Below are positions 50,065 to 60,645 of a stretch of 64,000 nucleotides of DNA, in pieces (the first letter of the stretch is position 1; every line of letters begins with the position of its first letter). The notes under the pieces were generated by a model. It was not told where the DNA came from. It saw nothing but the letters and a program-made list of their open reading frames with translations, and made no database searches. Location of the stretch: contig CAYQST010000003.1 in NCBI GenBank assembly GCA_964420295.1, forward strand, positions 104,759-168,758. Reading direction: 5' to 3'. A program made the position numbers and the translations under genes. This DNA is from an uncultured Chromatiales bacterium. Its GTDB lineage: Bacteria; Bacteroidota; Ignavibacteria; SZUA-365; CAYQST01.

Positions 50065-52134
50065 TCAGCGCAGGACTACCACCCGGCCGCTGAGCAGGGC
50101 GGTTCCGACATCCATCACATACAGGTAGGTTCCCGCAGGGCAGAGCTGACCCGCTTCGTCCCGACCATCCCAGGTCATCCGATAGCTGCCAGGCCCCGCG
50201 ATCAGCACGTCAACTTCGCGCACGAGCACCCCTGCAGCACTGTAGATTCGCATCCGCAGCGGTCCATGATACGGCGCCGTCACTCGCAGGGAAAACGTGG
50301 TGGAGAGGAGAAATGGATTTGGTGCCGCAGGGTCGAGGGCAAACCCCGCCACCGCCGGCAGGGCGGTGCGTTCTTCCACACCGAGAACCGGCGGATCATC
50401 GTCGGAGAAACTGGTGAACAGGGTGATGACCCCGTAGAGCTTGCTCAGACGGACGATTTCGGCTTTGTATTCCTTGGCCTTCGATGAGGTCGCGGGCTCC
50501 GCGTTATAGAGCACGAATAGATAATCGATTTTTTGTTTCGCCCACAGTTTCGGCACGAAGGTCTTGTCCGGCACCCGATCAGTGGCCAGGTTCATCACGT
50601 ACTGATAGGCCACCGGAGATCCGAAGGCCGTCCCGGAAAAGGTGACCGTGACCGGAGGTGTGGGTTCGTACTGGCCGGTGATGATGATCTGCTTCCCCTT
50701 GTACAAATTGGGCAGGCGGACGGGATAGACTTCCTTGATTTTATCCGAAGAAAAGGAGACGACGGGATTGGTGAGCACGGGATTGCGGATGGAATTGTAA
50801 AATTCGGTGATCCGCGATTCCACCTCCTCACTTTCGATAAACTCGGCCATACCCCCATTTTGAAGCGCCAACTGGGTGAGAAGATCTGCACTGGCCGAGG
50901 CCCCGATTCCAAACGTGAAAAGGTATACCTGACGGTTGATGGCCTGGACTTTCGATTGCACCGACGCAATGATGTCCTCCACTTTTATAATGCCAATATT
51001 CGCGGCTCCATCACTCAGGAGAATCACGATGTTGGCGTCGGCGGGATCCGAGGCATCGAACTGGGGAATCGCCCTCGCCAATCCTCCTTCCAAGTCGGTG
51101 GAGCCCGAGGCGCGGACCCCATCGATAAAGGTCAGAGCTTCGTCCCGTGCCACCACGGAATAGTCGCGCAGGGTGGGATGGAAGCTGGAAATCACATCGC
51201 TGAAGGTGACGATATTGAACCGATCTCCCGCGTTGAGATTGCGGATGATATACTTTGCGGCATCCCGGGCCTGATTGATGCGAACTCCACCCATCGAGCC
51301 CGAGACATCCATCACGAGAATGAAGTTCTTCTGAATGACAGCCGTGGTCGAAGGATCCGGCTCCACGACGAAGGCGAAATAGCCAAGTGAATCGGTATGC
51401 ACCGTACTGTGGCCAAACATGCCCAACTGCGCGAGGGAGAGGGAGTAGTTGACCGCAATCGATTTGGTCAGCAGCGTTTTGTCGTTCGATCCCGAGATGG
51501 TGGCAACACCTCCGGAATTCGTGCTGCTTAGAGAAGGATGCGATGTGGAAGCGATGGTTCCAATGGTGCGTTCGGAGGTCAGGGTGAGCGAGAACGATGT
51601 TTCCAGATTCGTCGAGATCAGACTCGTCGGATAGTTTTCTCCTCCGGGATACAGAAAGGACACCGATCCAAACCGATAATCGAGAAATCGCACATAGGTC
51701 AGTTCCACCATGATGATTTCCCCCGGCGTCATCAGAGAATCCAACGGGAAATACATGGGGGACTTGCCGAGATACGCCATCAGCGGAGCCGGAAGCTTTC
51801 CTCCTCCCGATCCCGATCCCGAGGTGGTATCTCCGGAATACGAGGCGGTCCGCCACTCGGTATTGCCTCGCTTCCACCGAAGCGTGATGGGCGAAGCCCC
51901 TTCCGGCACAGGAAAGGCGAAGGTCAGCTTTCTCGGGAAGGAGGCTTGATTGCGAAAGGCCTGGGTGGTGGTGACCATGGCCACCTGGTTTTCGACGGAC
52001 ACACGAATGGAGGTGGATTCGAGCATGGCACAGGCACCCGAAGGAGAATCAAGGAGTCCGAGGCCATGGGCAAACGCGGTGGGAGACAGAATCGCCGCCA
52101 ACAGGAGCAATCCCGCAATACGTGCTGGTGTCAT
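50065..52134 (-). CDS. VIT + vWA domain secreted protein with T9SS C-terminal sorting domain (tandem paralog)
   Basis: 689 aa. Signal peptide, VIT-like N-domain, MIDAS motif ILVMDVSGSMGG, and CTD (PNPFLLSTTFS...VVVLR). Confidence 0.75.
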   Translation of the reverse strand: MTPARIAGLLLLAAILSPTAFAHGLGLLDSPSGACAMLESTSIRVSVENQVAMVTTTQAFRNQASFPRKLTFAFPVPEGASPITLRWKRGNTEWRTASYSGDTTSGSGSGGGKLPAPLMAYLGKSPMYFPLDSLMTPGEIIMVELTYVRFLDYRFGSVSFLYPGGENYPTSLISTNLETSFSLTLTSERTIGTIASTSHPSLSSTNSGGVATISGSNDKTLLTKSIAVNYSLSLAQLGMFGHSTVHTDSLGYFAFVVEPDPSTTAVIQKNFILVMDVSGSMGGVRINQARDAAKYIIRNLNAGDRFNIVTFSDVISSFHPTLRDYSVVARDEALTFIDGVRASGSTDLEGGLARAIPQFDASDPADANIVILLSDGAANIGIIKVEDIIASVQSKVQAINRQVYLFTFGIGASASADLLTQLALQNGGMAEFIESEEVESRITEFYNSIRNPVLTNPVVSFSSDKIKEVYPVRLPNLYKGKQIIITGQYEPTPPVTVTFSGTAFGSPVAYQYVMNLATDRVPDKTFVPKLWAKQKIDYLFVLYNAEPATSSKAKEYKAEIVRLSKLYGVITLFTSFSDDDPPVLGVEERTALPAVAGFALDPAAPNPFLLSTTFSLRVTAPYHGPLRMRIYSAAGVLVREVDVLIAGPGSYRMTWDGRDEAGQLCPAGTYLYVMDVGTALLSGRVVVLR

Positions 52135-52349
52135 CGCCTATCCTTCTGCAAAATGAACATGTGCTCCCGTATTCCCTATCCCGCGCCTTGACGCAGATAA
52201 CCGGGGGCTTGTTGTGATTGAGAGAACTTACCATTCTCAATATCTGCAGTCAAGCACCAATCATTGGACTTGACATTCTTCGCCTTTTCCACATCGCCAT
52301 TTCATGTGATCCTCGGTGTCTTCTGCCCCGCACCGACCTGGGCGTCCCT

Positions 52350-53027
52350 TCACTCGACGGAGATGGTTTCTCCGAACGCGAGTTCCCGGGCGACGAAGCC
52401 ACGGGCGCGCACGCGTTCCACAAAGAGACCGGGATCGGCGGCGATGACGGGGAACGTGTTGTAATGGATGGGAATGGCCAGACGGGGACGAACGAATTCC
52501 ACTGCCAGCGCCGCATCCTCGATTCCCATGGTGAAGTTGTCGCCGATGGGACACATCATCACGTCGATGGAGTCTCGTTCCCCGATAAGTTTCATGTCGA
52601 GAAAGAGCCCCGTATCCCCCGTGTGGTAGAGCGTTTTTCCGCCCATATGCACCACCACGCCCGCGGGATTGCCCATGTAGGTGCCATCGGGACTGGCGGA
52701 CCCATGGTGCGCGATGGTAAACTTCAGTCGGCCGAAGGGGAAATTCCAGCTCCCTCCGATATGCATGTTGTGGGCGTTCGCTCCCTTGGAGGCCGCATAG
52801 TTGGCGAGTTCGTTCACCGCGATGAGGGTGGCGCCATTGCGTCTCGCAATTTCGATTCCATCGCCCAGATGGTCTCCATGCGCGTGGGTCAGAACTACGA
52901 AATCCGCTTTGACCTCATCGGCCCGCATCGGCGCGTTTGGATTGCCGGTCAGAAAGGGATCGATGATCACGGAACTGGTACCGTCGTTCAGAAGGAAGGC
53001 CGAATGGCTGAGATAGGTGAGCGTGAG
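52350..53027 (-). CDS. Metallo-beta-lactamase-fold metal-dependent hydrolase (UPF0173-like)
   Basis: ~225 aa from MLTLTYLSH. HxHxDH motif (LTHAHGDHLGDG). Confidence 0.75.
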   Translation of the reverse strand, partial: LTLTYLSHSAFLLNDGTSSVIIDPFLTGNPNAPMRADEVKADFVVLTHAHGDHLGDGIEIARRNGATLIAVNELANYAASKGANAHNMHIGGSWNFPFGRLKFTIAHHGSASPDGTYMGNPAGVVVHMGGKTLYHTGDTGLFLDMKLIGERDSIDVMMCPIGDNFTMGIEDAALAVEFVRPRLAIPIHYNTFPVIAADPGLFVERVRARGFVARELAFGETISVE

Positions 53028-53046
53028 CATGGGACCTCCGTAGATA

Positions 53047-54024
53047 TCAGCGTGATGTACGTTGCGGATTGAGGGGAAGGGTGACCGCATTGATCAGGGT
53101 CCCTTCAGCATCGAGCACATGGAACAGAAGGGAGGCAGGATTGACCTGCATCCACACGACTCCCATGTTGGTGGCCGCAAATACCGTGTTGGCGGCGTAA
53201 CGCACGTTCCGAGAGAGTCCCCCGCCACCGCTGACCACGTATTGCACTCCATTGACAGCGCTGAGAATCTGGATGTCGTGATCGTGTCCCGAAAGGTAGG
53301 CGTCCACCGCATGTTTTTCCAGGAGAGGCTTGAGATGACGGATCAGTCCCACGGTATTGCCATGCATCCCGTTGGAGTACATTGGATGGTGGCCCAGAAC
53401 GAGGACGACGGTGCTCTGGTCGGCATCCAGCACGCTGTCCATCCAGGCCAATTGCCGGGCTCGCGCCTCGGCATCCGCCCCGATGAGGATCTGCGTATCG
53501 AGTCCCACCACGCGCACGGTCAGGGAAGGACTCCGTGAGAACACCGTGGTCCAATACCGCGCGGGCATGGTCCAACGTGTCGTCTCTCCGTTCGGCAAGG
53601 CGATACCGGAGTATGCCACCTGAGCATCGGGGTTCTTTCCGTAATCATGATTGCCCAGGGTCGCCCAGAACGGGATGGGAAGTTGATCCGAGGGATACAC
53701 CGTTTCGAAGCGCGTGGACCAGAGAGGATCGATGGTCGATTCGACGCCCTGGGGATAAAAGTTGTCGCCTGTTCCGAGTACCGCTTCCGCTCCATCCTTG
53801 CGGTACTTGTCGATCATCACCCGTGCGACCTGCTTCTGTCCCTTCGAACCGGAGCCCCAATCTCCCAGCACGAAAAAGGCGAGCGTCGGAGAAGACAACC
53901 GGGCTTCGGGATCGAACGGGGGAACGGGACGGGCGTTTTCGATGGAGCTGGATTGGGCGAGGGCCATGGACCCAAGAAGAATCCCGCATACGAGCCAGCG
54001 GAGGGGAGACAGGGCGGTGTGCAT
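53047..54024 (-). CDS. Calcineurin-like metallophosphoesterase (purple acid phosphatase-like), secreted
   Basis: Signal peptide from MHTALSPLRWLV. GDWGSG...GDNFY and GHDH motifs. The track ORF runs to 54072. Confidence 0.75.
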   Translation of the reverse strand: MHTALSPLRWLVCGILLGSMALAQSSSIENARPVPPFDPEARLSSPTLAFFVLGDWGSGSKGQKQVARVMIDKYRKDGAEAVLGTGDNFYPQGVESTIDPLWSTRFETVYPSDQLPIPFWATLGNHDYGKNPDAQVAYSGIALPNGETTRWTMPARYWTTVFSRSPSLTVRVVGLDTQILIGADAEARARQLAWMDSVLDADQSTVVLVLGHHPMYSNGMHGNTVGLIRHLKPLLEKHAVDAYLSGHDHDIQILSAVNGVQYVVSGGGGLSRNVRYAANTVFAATNMGVVWMQVNPASLLFHVLDAEGTLINAVTLPLNPQRTSR

Positions 54025-54128
54025 GGAGGCCTGAGTGATGGTGAGGGAGAATGATAGCAATTCCTCACACAAGGGTCAAGGAGAAGAGAAGACCCCAACT
54101 TTTGTATCTTGCAAAAAACGAACCGCTA

Positions 54129-54890
54129 CCCATGCCCCTCCCCTATCTCGTCTATTGTTTTGATGCCGACGACACGCTGCTCGACTATCCGAAGGCGGAG
54201 CGTGCGGCACTTTTCACGTGTATCGCGGAGCATGCTCCCAGTGTTGATCCGGAGCATTTTTATATCGCGTATCGCCGCCACAATGCCGCGCTCTGGGCTG
54301 CCTTCGAGAGAGGTGAGGTGGATCTGGCCACGCTGCGGTCGGAGCGGATTCTTCGGGTCCGTGAGGAATTACGTCTGTCCTACCTTTCCCCGGAGCATTT
54401 TGGAGAGCGATACCTGGATGAACTCAGTCGGCAGGCCTTTCTCTACGAAGGAGCGCGGGAGTTGGTAGAGGATCTTGCGCGGGAGCGTCCCGTGGCCATC
54501 GTGACCAACGGAATCGCCCGTGTGCAGCGAGCACGGCTCGAGACAAGCGGAATCATGGAGCATCTGGCTGCCCTCATCATTTCGGAAGAAGTGGGACGAG
54601 CCAAGCCCGATCCGGAAATTTTCGCGCCGCTCTTTGAGCGCTTGGAGTGCGAGCCCGATCAGGTGCTGTTCGTGGGTGACAGTATTTCGAGCGATATGGA
54701 GGCAGCCCGAAGGGCGGGGATGGATTTCTGCTGGTTCAACCCGTCGGGCGCCGCGGTACCCAACGGGTATGCTCCCGTGGCCGAGGTTGATGGGATTCCC
54801 GCACTTCGGCGTTGGATCTTCGCGAATGCGGCGGATGGGGATGGGGATGGGAGAGCGAGCTCGGTTTTTCTTTCCCGAAAAAACCCCTAG
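54129..54890 (+). CDS. HAD-superfamily hydrolase (YjjG-like)
   Basis: ~253 aa from MPLPYLVYCFDADDTL (DxDxT motif I). Motif IV FVGDSISSD. Confidence 0.75.
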   Translation, partial: PMPLPYLVYCFDADDTLLDYPKAERAALFTCIAEHAPSVDPEHFYIAYRRHNAALWAAFERGEVDLATLRSERILRVREELRLSYLSPEHFGERYLDELSRQAFLYEGARELVEDLARERPVAIVTNGIARVQRARLETSGIMEHLAALIISEEVGRAKPDPEIFAPLFERLECEPDQVLFVGDSISSDMEAARRAGMDFCWFNPSGAAVPNGYAPVAEVDGIPALRRWIFANAADGDGDGRASSVFLSRKNP

Positions 54891-54972
54891 ATTTCACATT
54901 CGTGATCGTGACGTCCTTTCGTGATTCGTGACGTCCTCACGATTCTTTACCGACACCAAACCCGAGATTTCC

Positions 54973-55395
54973 ATGGCTTCCGAAGAACTCATTCGACAGT
55001 TGACTCTCGAGGCGATCCGCCAGTTGGGCCCGAACGCGGCTCCCCAGCATATCGAATCCGTCGTGCGGTCGGCCGCCGCGGCGGCTGAGGTCCAGGCCCC
55101 TCGCATGCCGGTCCCGACTTCGAGTAGTCGGGTGATGATCACGGCCTACGGGTACAACGAACCGGGCATCCTTGCGGCGATCACCCAGGTGCTGGCTCAG
55201 CATCGGTGCGACGTCCTGGACATGACGCAGAAGCTCCTGCAGGAGTTCTTCACCCTGATGATGTTGGTGGACCTGGGGAACAGTCCCTCGGAATTCACCG
55301 CACTCCAGCAGGATCTCGCAGCCCTGGGAGAACGGATCCGCATGCGCATTCTCGTCCAGCACGAGGATGTCTTCAACGCCATGCACCGTATCTGA
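54973..55395 (+). CDS. ACT-domain protein (UPF0237-like)
   Basis: ~140 aa from MASEELIRQ. ACT fold segment MITAYGYNEPGILAAITQVLAQHRCDV. Typically found as a gene pair with UPF0210. Confidence 0.55.
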   Translation: MASEELIRQLTLEAIRQLGPNAAPQHIESVVRSAAAAAEVQAPRMPVPTSSSRVMITAYGYNEPGILAAITQVLAQHRCDVLDMTQKLLQEFFTLMMLVDLGNSPSEFTALQQDLAALGERIRMRILVQHEDVFNAMHRI

Positions 55396-55470
55396 TCCCT
55401 TCCAGTGATCCATTCGGAAAACGCGCTTTAACACAGAACGAGCCTTCACGAAAGAAAACGAGGTCGGACC

Positions 55471-56832
55471 GTGCCATTTGAATTCGAAGAGATTCTCGAT
55501 ACCATTCGCATGACCGAGGCGGAGCATTTCGACATCCGTACGGTGACGTTGGGAATCAGTTTGCGGGATTGCCGGGATCGGGACATCAATGTCACCAAGA
55601 ACAACATCTACGAAAAGATCTGTCGCGTAGGCGAGCATCATGTGCGGCACGCCCGCGAGGTGGAGCGCATGTACGGGATCTCGATCGCGAACAAGAGAAT
55701 TTCGCTCACCCCGATCAGCATCGCCTGCGATGGATTCGAGGTGGACGACTATGTGGAGCTGGGCCGCACGATGGACCGTGCCGCCGACACGCTCGGCATC
55801 GATTTCATCGGGGGATTCGGTGCCCTGGTGCAGAAGGGGTGGACCCGTGGTGAGAAAAATCTGATCGATGCGATTCCCCGCACCCTGGCCGAGACGAATC
55901 ATGTGGTCAGCAGCGTCAACGTGGCCTCGACCAAGGCCGGCATCAATATGGACGCACTCTACCGGATGTCGGAAGTGATCCTGGAATCGGCCCGGTTGTC
56001 GGCTGATCGGGACAGTATCGGCTGCGCGAAGCTCGTGGTGTTCTGCAACGTGCCCGAAGACAATCCCTTTGTAGCCGGGGCCTTTCACGGCGTCACCGAG
56101 CCTGAGGTGGTGCTGAACGTGGGTATCAGTGGTCCCGGCGTGGTGCTCCAGGCGGTCAAGGAGGCCGGAGCCTGCTCGATGGATCAGCTCGCCGAGGTGA
56201 TCAAGAAGACGGCGTTCAAGATCACTCGCGCGGGAACGCTCATCGGTCAGAAGGTCGCACAGATGCACGGAGTCCCGTTCGGCATCGTCGATCTCTCGCT
56301 TGCGCCGACGCCCGCCATCGGCGACAGCATTGCCGACATTCTCGAGGCGATGGGTCTGGAGAGTGTGGGAGCCCCAGGCACCACGGCTGCTCTGGCGATG
56401 CTGAATGATGCGGTAAAGAAGGGAGGCCTGATGGCATCGAGTTTTGTCGGAGGAATGAGTGGCGCCTTCATCCCCGTGAGCGAAGATACCGCGATGGCCC
56501 GGGCCGCAGCGCAGGGGCACCTGAGTCTCGAGAAGCTGGAAGCCATGACCTGCGTGTGTTCGGTGGGACTGGACATGGTGGTAGTGCCGGGAGATACCAG
56601 TGTGGACGTGCTCGCCGGTATCATTGCCGACGAGTGTGCGATCGGATTGATCAACGACAAGACGACCGCCGTGCGCATCATTCCCGCCTACGGAAAGGGC
56701 GTGGGCCAGGAAGTGGACTGGGGAGGCCTGCTGGGCAAGGCCGAAGTGATGCCTGTACGCACCATCAGTCCTGCGGGCTTCGTACGCCGGGGAGGCCGCT
56801 TCCCCGCTCCCATGCGAAGTCTGACGAACTGA
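55471..56832 (+). CDS. UPF0210 (DUF711, PFL-like fold) family protein
   Basis: 453 aa. N-terminus [27 protein letters not shown] matches the UPF0210 family. Confidence 0.75.
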   Translation: MPFEFEEILDTIRMTEAEHFDIRTVTLGISLRDCRDRDINVTKNNIYEKICRVGEHHVRHAREVERMYGISIANKRISLTPISIACDGFEVDDYVELGRTMDRAADTLGIDFIGGFGALVQKGWTRGEKNLIDAIPRTLAETNHVVSSVNVASTKAGINMDALYRMSEVILESARLSADRDSIGCAKLVVFCNVPEDNPFVAGAFHGVTEPEVVLNVGISGPGVVLQAVKEAGACSMDQLAEVIKKTAFKITRAGTLIGQKVAQMHGVPFGIVDLSLAPTPAIGDSIADILEAMGLESVGAPGTTAALAMLNDAVKKGGLMASSFVGGMSGAFIPVSEDTAMARAAAQGHLSLEKLEAMTCVCSVGLDMVVVPGDTSVDVLAGIIADECAIGLINDKTTAVRIIPAYGKGVGQEVDWGGLLGKAEVMPVRTISPAGFVRRGGRFPAPMRSLTN

Positions 56833-56914
56833 TCGGAATCCACATCGCCGCTTCCCGATCTTCGGACCGCTCGCGATCCATCGGACCGATCTCAATCACC
56901 GTTCCCTGCCATTC

Positions 56915-57006
56915 AGGCCCTCCTCGCGAGGGCCTGTTTCGTTGCGGTATTCCGCACTCCATACCCCCCCTAAAAAAACGAGAGGCGGATTTCTCCGCCC
57001 CTTTTC
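56915..57006 (+). terminator. Two tandem hairpin terminators after the UPF0210 gene
   Basis: aggccctc-ctcgc-gagggcct followed by gtttcgtt, then ggcgga-ttct-tccgcc followed by ccttttcg. Confidence 0.55.
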
Positions 57007-57191
57007 GTCGTCTCCCTTTTCTGCCTGCCTGATTCCCCTCGCACCCCACGAGAGGTCCCCGTCACAGGCTCGAAGGCAATGTGTGGCTTTCCTCATTCCG
57101 AAGAGGATCATCGCATGATCCTTTTTGGTCTCCACGATGGATCGTATTTTGTGCTCCCTGTCCTTCGATGCCTCATGGTGTACGGTGCTTC

Positions 57192-58091
57192 ATGTCGGCC
57201 ATCACACTTTCCCGTGTTACAAAATCCTACGATTCCCGCCCCCCCGCGCTCAACGAGGTCACGCTCGATATCGAGGAAGGGAGCATCTACGGGATGCTGG
57301 GTCCCAATGGAGCAGGCAAGACCACGGCCATCCGCGTGATCAATGGGATCATTCCCCCCACCAGCGGAGATGTTCGGGTGTTGGGCATGTCGGTGTGCGA
57401 CGAGGTGACACGCATTCATGCACTCACCGGAATGATGACCGAGAACGCGGCCACGTACGAGTCCATGACCGGCCTGGAAAACCTGCTCTTCTTCGGCGCG
57501 ATGCATGGGATGACCTCGGATCGATGCGGCGCCCGCATTCGCTGGCTTCTCGAGTATCTGCGCCTCGACGACGCGCGACACCAGCGTGTGCGGACCTACA
57601 GCAGCGGTATGAAGAAGAAGCTCTCTCTCGCCATCGCGTTGCTGCACGAGCCACGGCTTCTGTACCTCGACGAACCCACAGCCGCCCTGGATCCCGAGGC
57701 CGCACAGGACGTGATGGCGTTGGTGTCGGATCTGAACCAACGTGAGGGGCTCACAGTGATCCTCTGTTCCCATCAATTGCGATATCTCGAAGGTGTCTGC
57801 ACGCACTATGGGTTTTTGAGTACAGGCTGCCTGGTGGCCAATGGCACCTTCGAGGAACTCTGTCGGCGATGGGAATTCGGGGTCCGGTTCTTCGTGCGCA
57901 CCGACGCTCCATCCCTGCCGGAGCCCTTCGTGAAGAGCGGAGACGGATGGACCTGTCCCCTCTCCTCCGATGCGGACGCAGCGTCCCTGCTCGCCGCTCT
58001 GGTAGCTTCGGGGGCACGGCTCTACGAAGCCCGGCTGGAGCGGCCCACACTGGAGGATGTGTACTTTCACATTCATGGCGGCACTGCATGA
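57192..58091 (+). CDS. ABC transporter ATP-binding protein
   Basis: ~299 aa from MSAITLSRV. Walker A GPNGAGKTT, signature YSSGMKKKL, Walker B LLYLDEPT. Confidence 0.85.
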   Translation: MSAITLSRVTKSYDSRPPALNEVTLDIEEGSIYGMLGPNGAGKTTAIRVINGIIPPTSGDVRVLGMSVCDEVTRIHALTGMMTENAATYESMTGLENLLFFGAMHGMTSDRCGARIRWLLEYLRLDDARHQRVRTYSSGMKKKLSLAIALLHEPRLLYLDEPTAALDPEAAQDVMALVSDLNQREGLTVILCSHQLRYLEGVCTHYGFLSTGCLVANGTFEELCRRWEFGVRFFVRTDAPSLPEPFVKSGDGWTCPLSSDADAASLLAALVASGARLYEARLERPTLEDVYFHIHGGTA

Positions 58092-58122
58092 TCCGCATCA
58101 CGAGCAGGGTCGGAGGGCTCCA

Positions 58123-58950
58123 ATGACACGCCCCATCTTCTCCCTTCGAGGTCTGTCGTTGACAGCAGGGCAGAAGGCCATCATTCGCAAGGATCTTCGC
58201 GAGATCCTCGTCAACAAGCAGATTCTGCTCCCCATCGTGTTGGTACCGGCCATCATGATGGTGCTCATGCCCACCATTCTCTTCATCGCCGCGCATTATG
58301 CGGATCTGGGAAATCCACGTGTGTTTCAGGACACCTTCAAAGCCCTGCCTTTTCTGCATCGGTATCCTCTCGTTTCGCAGAAAATCATCGTCATGGCTGT
58401 CACCTTCTACCTTCCCTTCCTTTTTTTACTCATTCCCATCATGGCAAGCAGCATGGTCGGGGCCGGATGCTTCATTTCGGAAAAGGAGCATAAAACGCTC
58501 GAAACCCTGCTTTCCTGTCCCCTCACGATCGATGGATTATTCCGCGCCAAAGTCTATGCCACCTTCGTGGCGTCCTACGGCATCACTCTCCTCACCTTCG
58601 TGTTGCTGACGGTGGTGGTCAATGTCGGAGGGTTCTGGTATTTCGGCACTCTGATCTTTCCCACTCCGGAATGGCTCATCACGGTCTTCTGGCTGTCGCC
58701 AGGAATATCTCTCTTTGGACTGATCATCATCGTGTTCATTTCGGCCACCTCCCGCAGCTTTCAGGAATCCCAACAAGTGGTGGGATTCGTGGTGGTGCCC
58801 TTTATCCTGACGCTCGTCGGGCAGGCCATCGGACTCTTTCTGGTCAACGCCATCGTGCTCGTGGTGGGCGGGGCCCTGATCCTGGCCCTCGATCTGGTGC
58901 TCTTTCGGATCGCGAAGCGGAAACTGACTCCTGACATCCTTTTGCGATAA
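58123..58950 (+). CDS. ABC-2 type transporter permease
   Basis: ~275 aa from MTRPIF, with six predicted TM helices. An alternative start MAALHD at 58078 overlaps the ATPase stop. Confidence 0.65.
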   Translation: MTRPIFSLRGLSLTAGQKAIIRKDLREILVNKQILLPIVLVPAIMMVLMPTILFIAAHYADLGNPRVFQDTFKALPFLHRYPLVSQKIIVMAVTFYLPFLFLLIPIMASSMVGAGCFISEKEHKTLETLLSCPLTIDGLFRAKVYATFVASYGITLLTFVLLTVVVNVGGFWYFGTLIFPTPEWLITVFWLSPGISLFGLIIIVFISATSRSFQESQQVVGFVVVPFILTLVGQAIGLFLVNAIVLVVGGALILALDLVLFRIAKRKLTPDILLR

Positions 58951-59037
58951 CAGCGAGAGAGAAGCGGACTGCGGGTGTTCGTCCTCTCCCGTTTCGTCGT
59001 TATATTCTTCCACCAACGTCCAACGGATTTCTTCGCC

Positions 59038-60588
59038 ATGCCCTCTTTTCCTCAGGGTCGGCGTCGCGTCTTCGGACTCGTCGCGGGTCCCCTCCTCTTT
59101 CTGATTCTTCTGCTTCTCCCCACGCCGGACGGATTTCTCGCCCAGGCGCTCCGCATGGGCGTCTCCGTGCCATTGGCGCCTTCGGTCGCATGGTCCATGC
59201 ACTGCGTAGGAGCCTTGGCCGTGCTGATGATTCTCTGGTGGATTACCGAAGCCGTCCCGATCCCCGTCACGGCCCTATTACCAGGCGTGTTGTTTCCCCT
59301 GTTCCACGTGCAGGGTTGGGTGAAGGGTGCTCTGGCAAGCTTCGATGCCAAGGCGGTATTCTCCAATTACGGCCATCCTATCATCTTCCTGTTTTTCGGG
59401 GGATTTCTGCTGGCGGCGGCGATGCAGAAGTGGAAGCTCGATCGGCGCCTGACCCTGGCGATTCTGAGTCAGGGCAATCTTGCGGACAACACACGGGCGG
59501 TTCTCTTCGGAATGATGGCGTTGACGGCCTTCCTGAGCATGTGGATCTCGAACACCGCGGCCACGGCCATGATGCTGCCGCTCGCGTTGGGGATCCTCTC
59601 TCAAACCGGGGCCACTCCGGGGAGGTCGTCGTTTGGGACGGCCTTGCTCCTGGGCTGTGCCTGGGCGGCCTCGATTGGCGGAGTGGGAACGATCATCGGA
59701 ACTCCGCCCAATGGAATCTGTGTGGCGTTGCTGGAATCCTCGGGCCTGCGTTCGATCACCTTTCTCGAATGGATGGCATTCGGAGTTCCCTTCGTCATCA
59801 TCATGCTGCCGGTGGCATGGGGCATTCTCCTCCTTTTGCATCCTCCGGAAACGACCTCGATCCCCGGAGGCAAGGCGTTGATGATGCGACAAAAGAAAGA
59901 ACTCGGTCCCCTCACCCGAGAAGAGCGCCTGCTCCTGGCGATTTTTCTTCTGACCGCCCTGCTGTGGGTGTCGAGTCCCTTCTGGCCCGCCCTGCTGCCC
60001 GGAGCTCTGGCCTCGGGACTGACCTGGTTCGACGAGAACGTGATCATCATGTTTTCGGCCGTGCTTCTGTTTACCATTCCCGCCACCACCCAAGGGGAGC
60101 CATTACTCGAATGGTCCGACACGACCTTCGTGGATTGGGGGACTCTCCTGCTGTTCGGAGGTGGGATTGCGCTGTCCGACGGGATGTTCCGCACCGGGCT
60201 CGCATCGTGGATCGCCACTTCCGTCGTGTCTCTCACCGGGCATCCCTCGACGCTGGTGTTGTTGCTCGTGATCGTCCTTCTCATCGATTTCCTCACCGAA
60301 GTCACATCCAACACCGCAGTGACCACGATGATGATTCCCATCATCATTTCGATCGCAATGGGAACGGGTGCCAACCCCGTTCTTCTGAGCGTGGGTGCCG
60401 CAGTGGCCGCCTCGATGGCCTTCATGTTGCCGGTGGCCACTCCCCCCAATGCGCTCGTCTATGGCACGGGGTACGTTCCCATCCGCGCGATGGTGAGAGC
60501 GGGATTTTCGCTGGATATCGCGGGTTGGCTCCTGACGGTGGCCATCGTGTACGGATTCGCCCACCTCGCTCTCGGCATGTTTTGGTAG
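59038..60588 (+). CDS. DASS/SLC13-family (ArsB/NhaD superfamily) anion:sodium symporter
   Basis: ~516 aa from MPSFPQGRRR, polytopic. Duplicated hairpin motifs SNTAATAMMLP and SNTAVTTMMIP. Confidence 0.8.
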   Translation: MPSFPQGRRRVFGLVAGPLLFLILLLLPTPDGFLAQALRMGVSVPLAPSVAWSMHCVGALAVLMILWWITEAVPIPVTALLPGVLFPLFHVQGWVKGALASFDAKAVFSNYGHPIIFLFFGGFLLAAAMQKWKLDRRLTLAILSQGNLADNTRAVLFGMMALTAFLSMWISNTAATAMMLPLALGILSQTGATPGRSSFGTALLLGCAWAASIGGVGTIIGTPPNGICVALLESSGLRSITFLEWMAFGVPFVIIMLPVAWGILLLLHPPETTSIPGGKALMMRQKKELGPLTREERLLLAIFLLTALLWVSSPFWPALLPGALASGLTWFDENVIIMFSAVLLFTIPATTQGEPLLEWSDTTFVDWGTLLLFGGGIALSDGMFRTGLASWIATSVVSLTGHPSTLVLLLVIVLLIDFLTEVTSNTAVTTMMIPIIISIAMGTGANPVLLSVGAAVAASMAFMLPVATPPNALVYGTGYVPIRAMVRAGFSLDIAGWLLTVAIVYGFAHLALGMFW

Positions 60589-60645
60589 GATGTGGGAACT
60601 CGAACCGCCTGGATGGCATCGAACAGGGGCTAAGGGTATTTCGAG

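Noticed and set aside
54937-56895. 652-aa minus-strand ORF
   Set aside because: It is antisense to the ACT and UPF0210 genes. Its Arg/Gly/His-rich composition is typical of a GC-rich shadow frame.
57104-57122. Inverted repeat aggatcat-cgc-atgatcct plus TTTTT, 70 nt upstream of the ABC transporter start
   Set aside because: It could be an operator or a third terminator. It is too short and isolated to call, so it is mentioned only as a possible attenuator.
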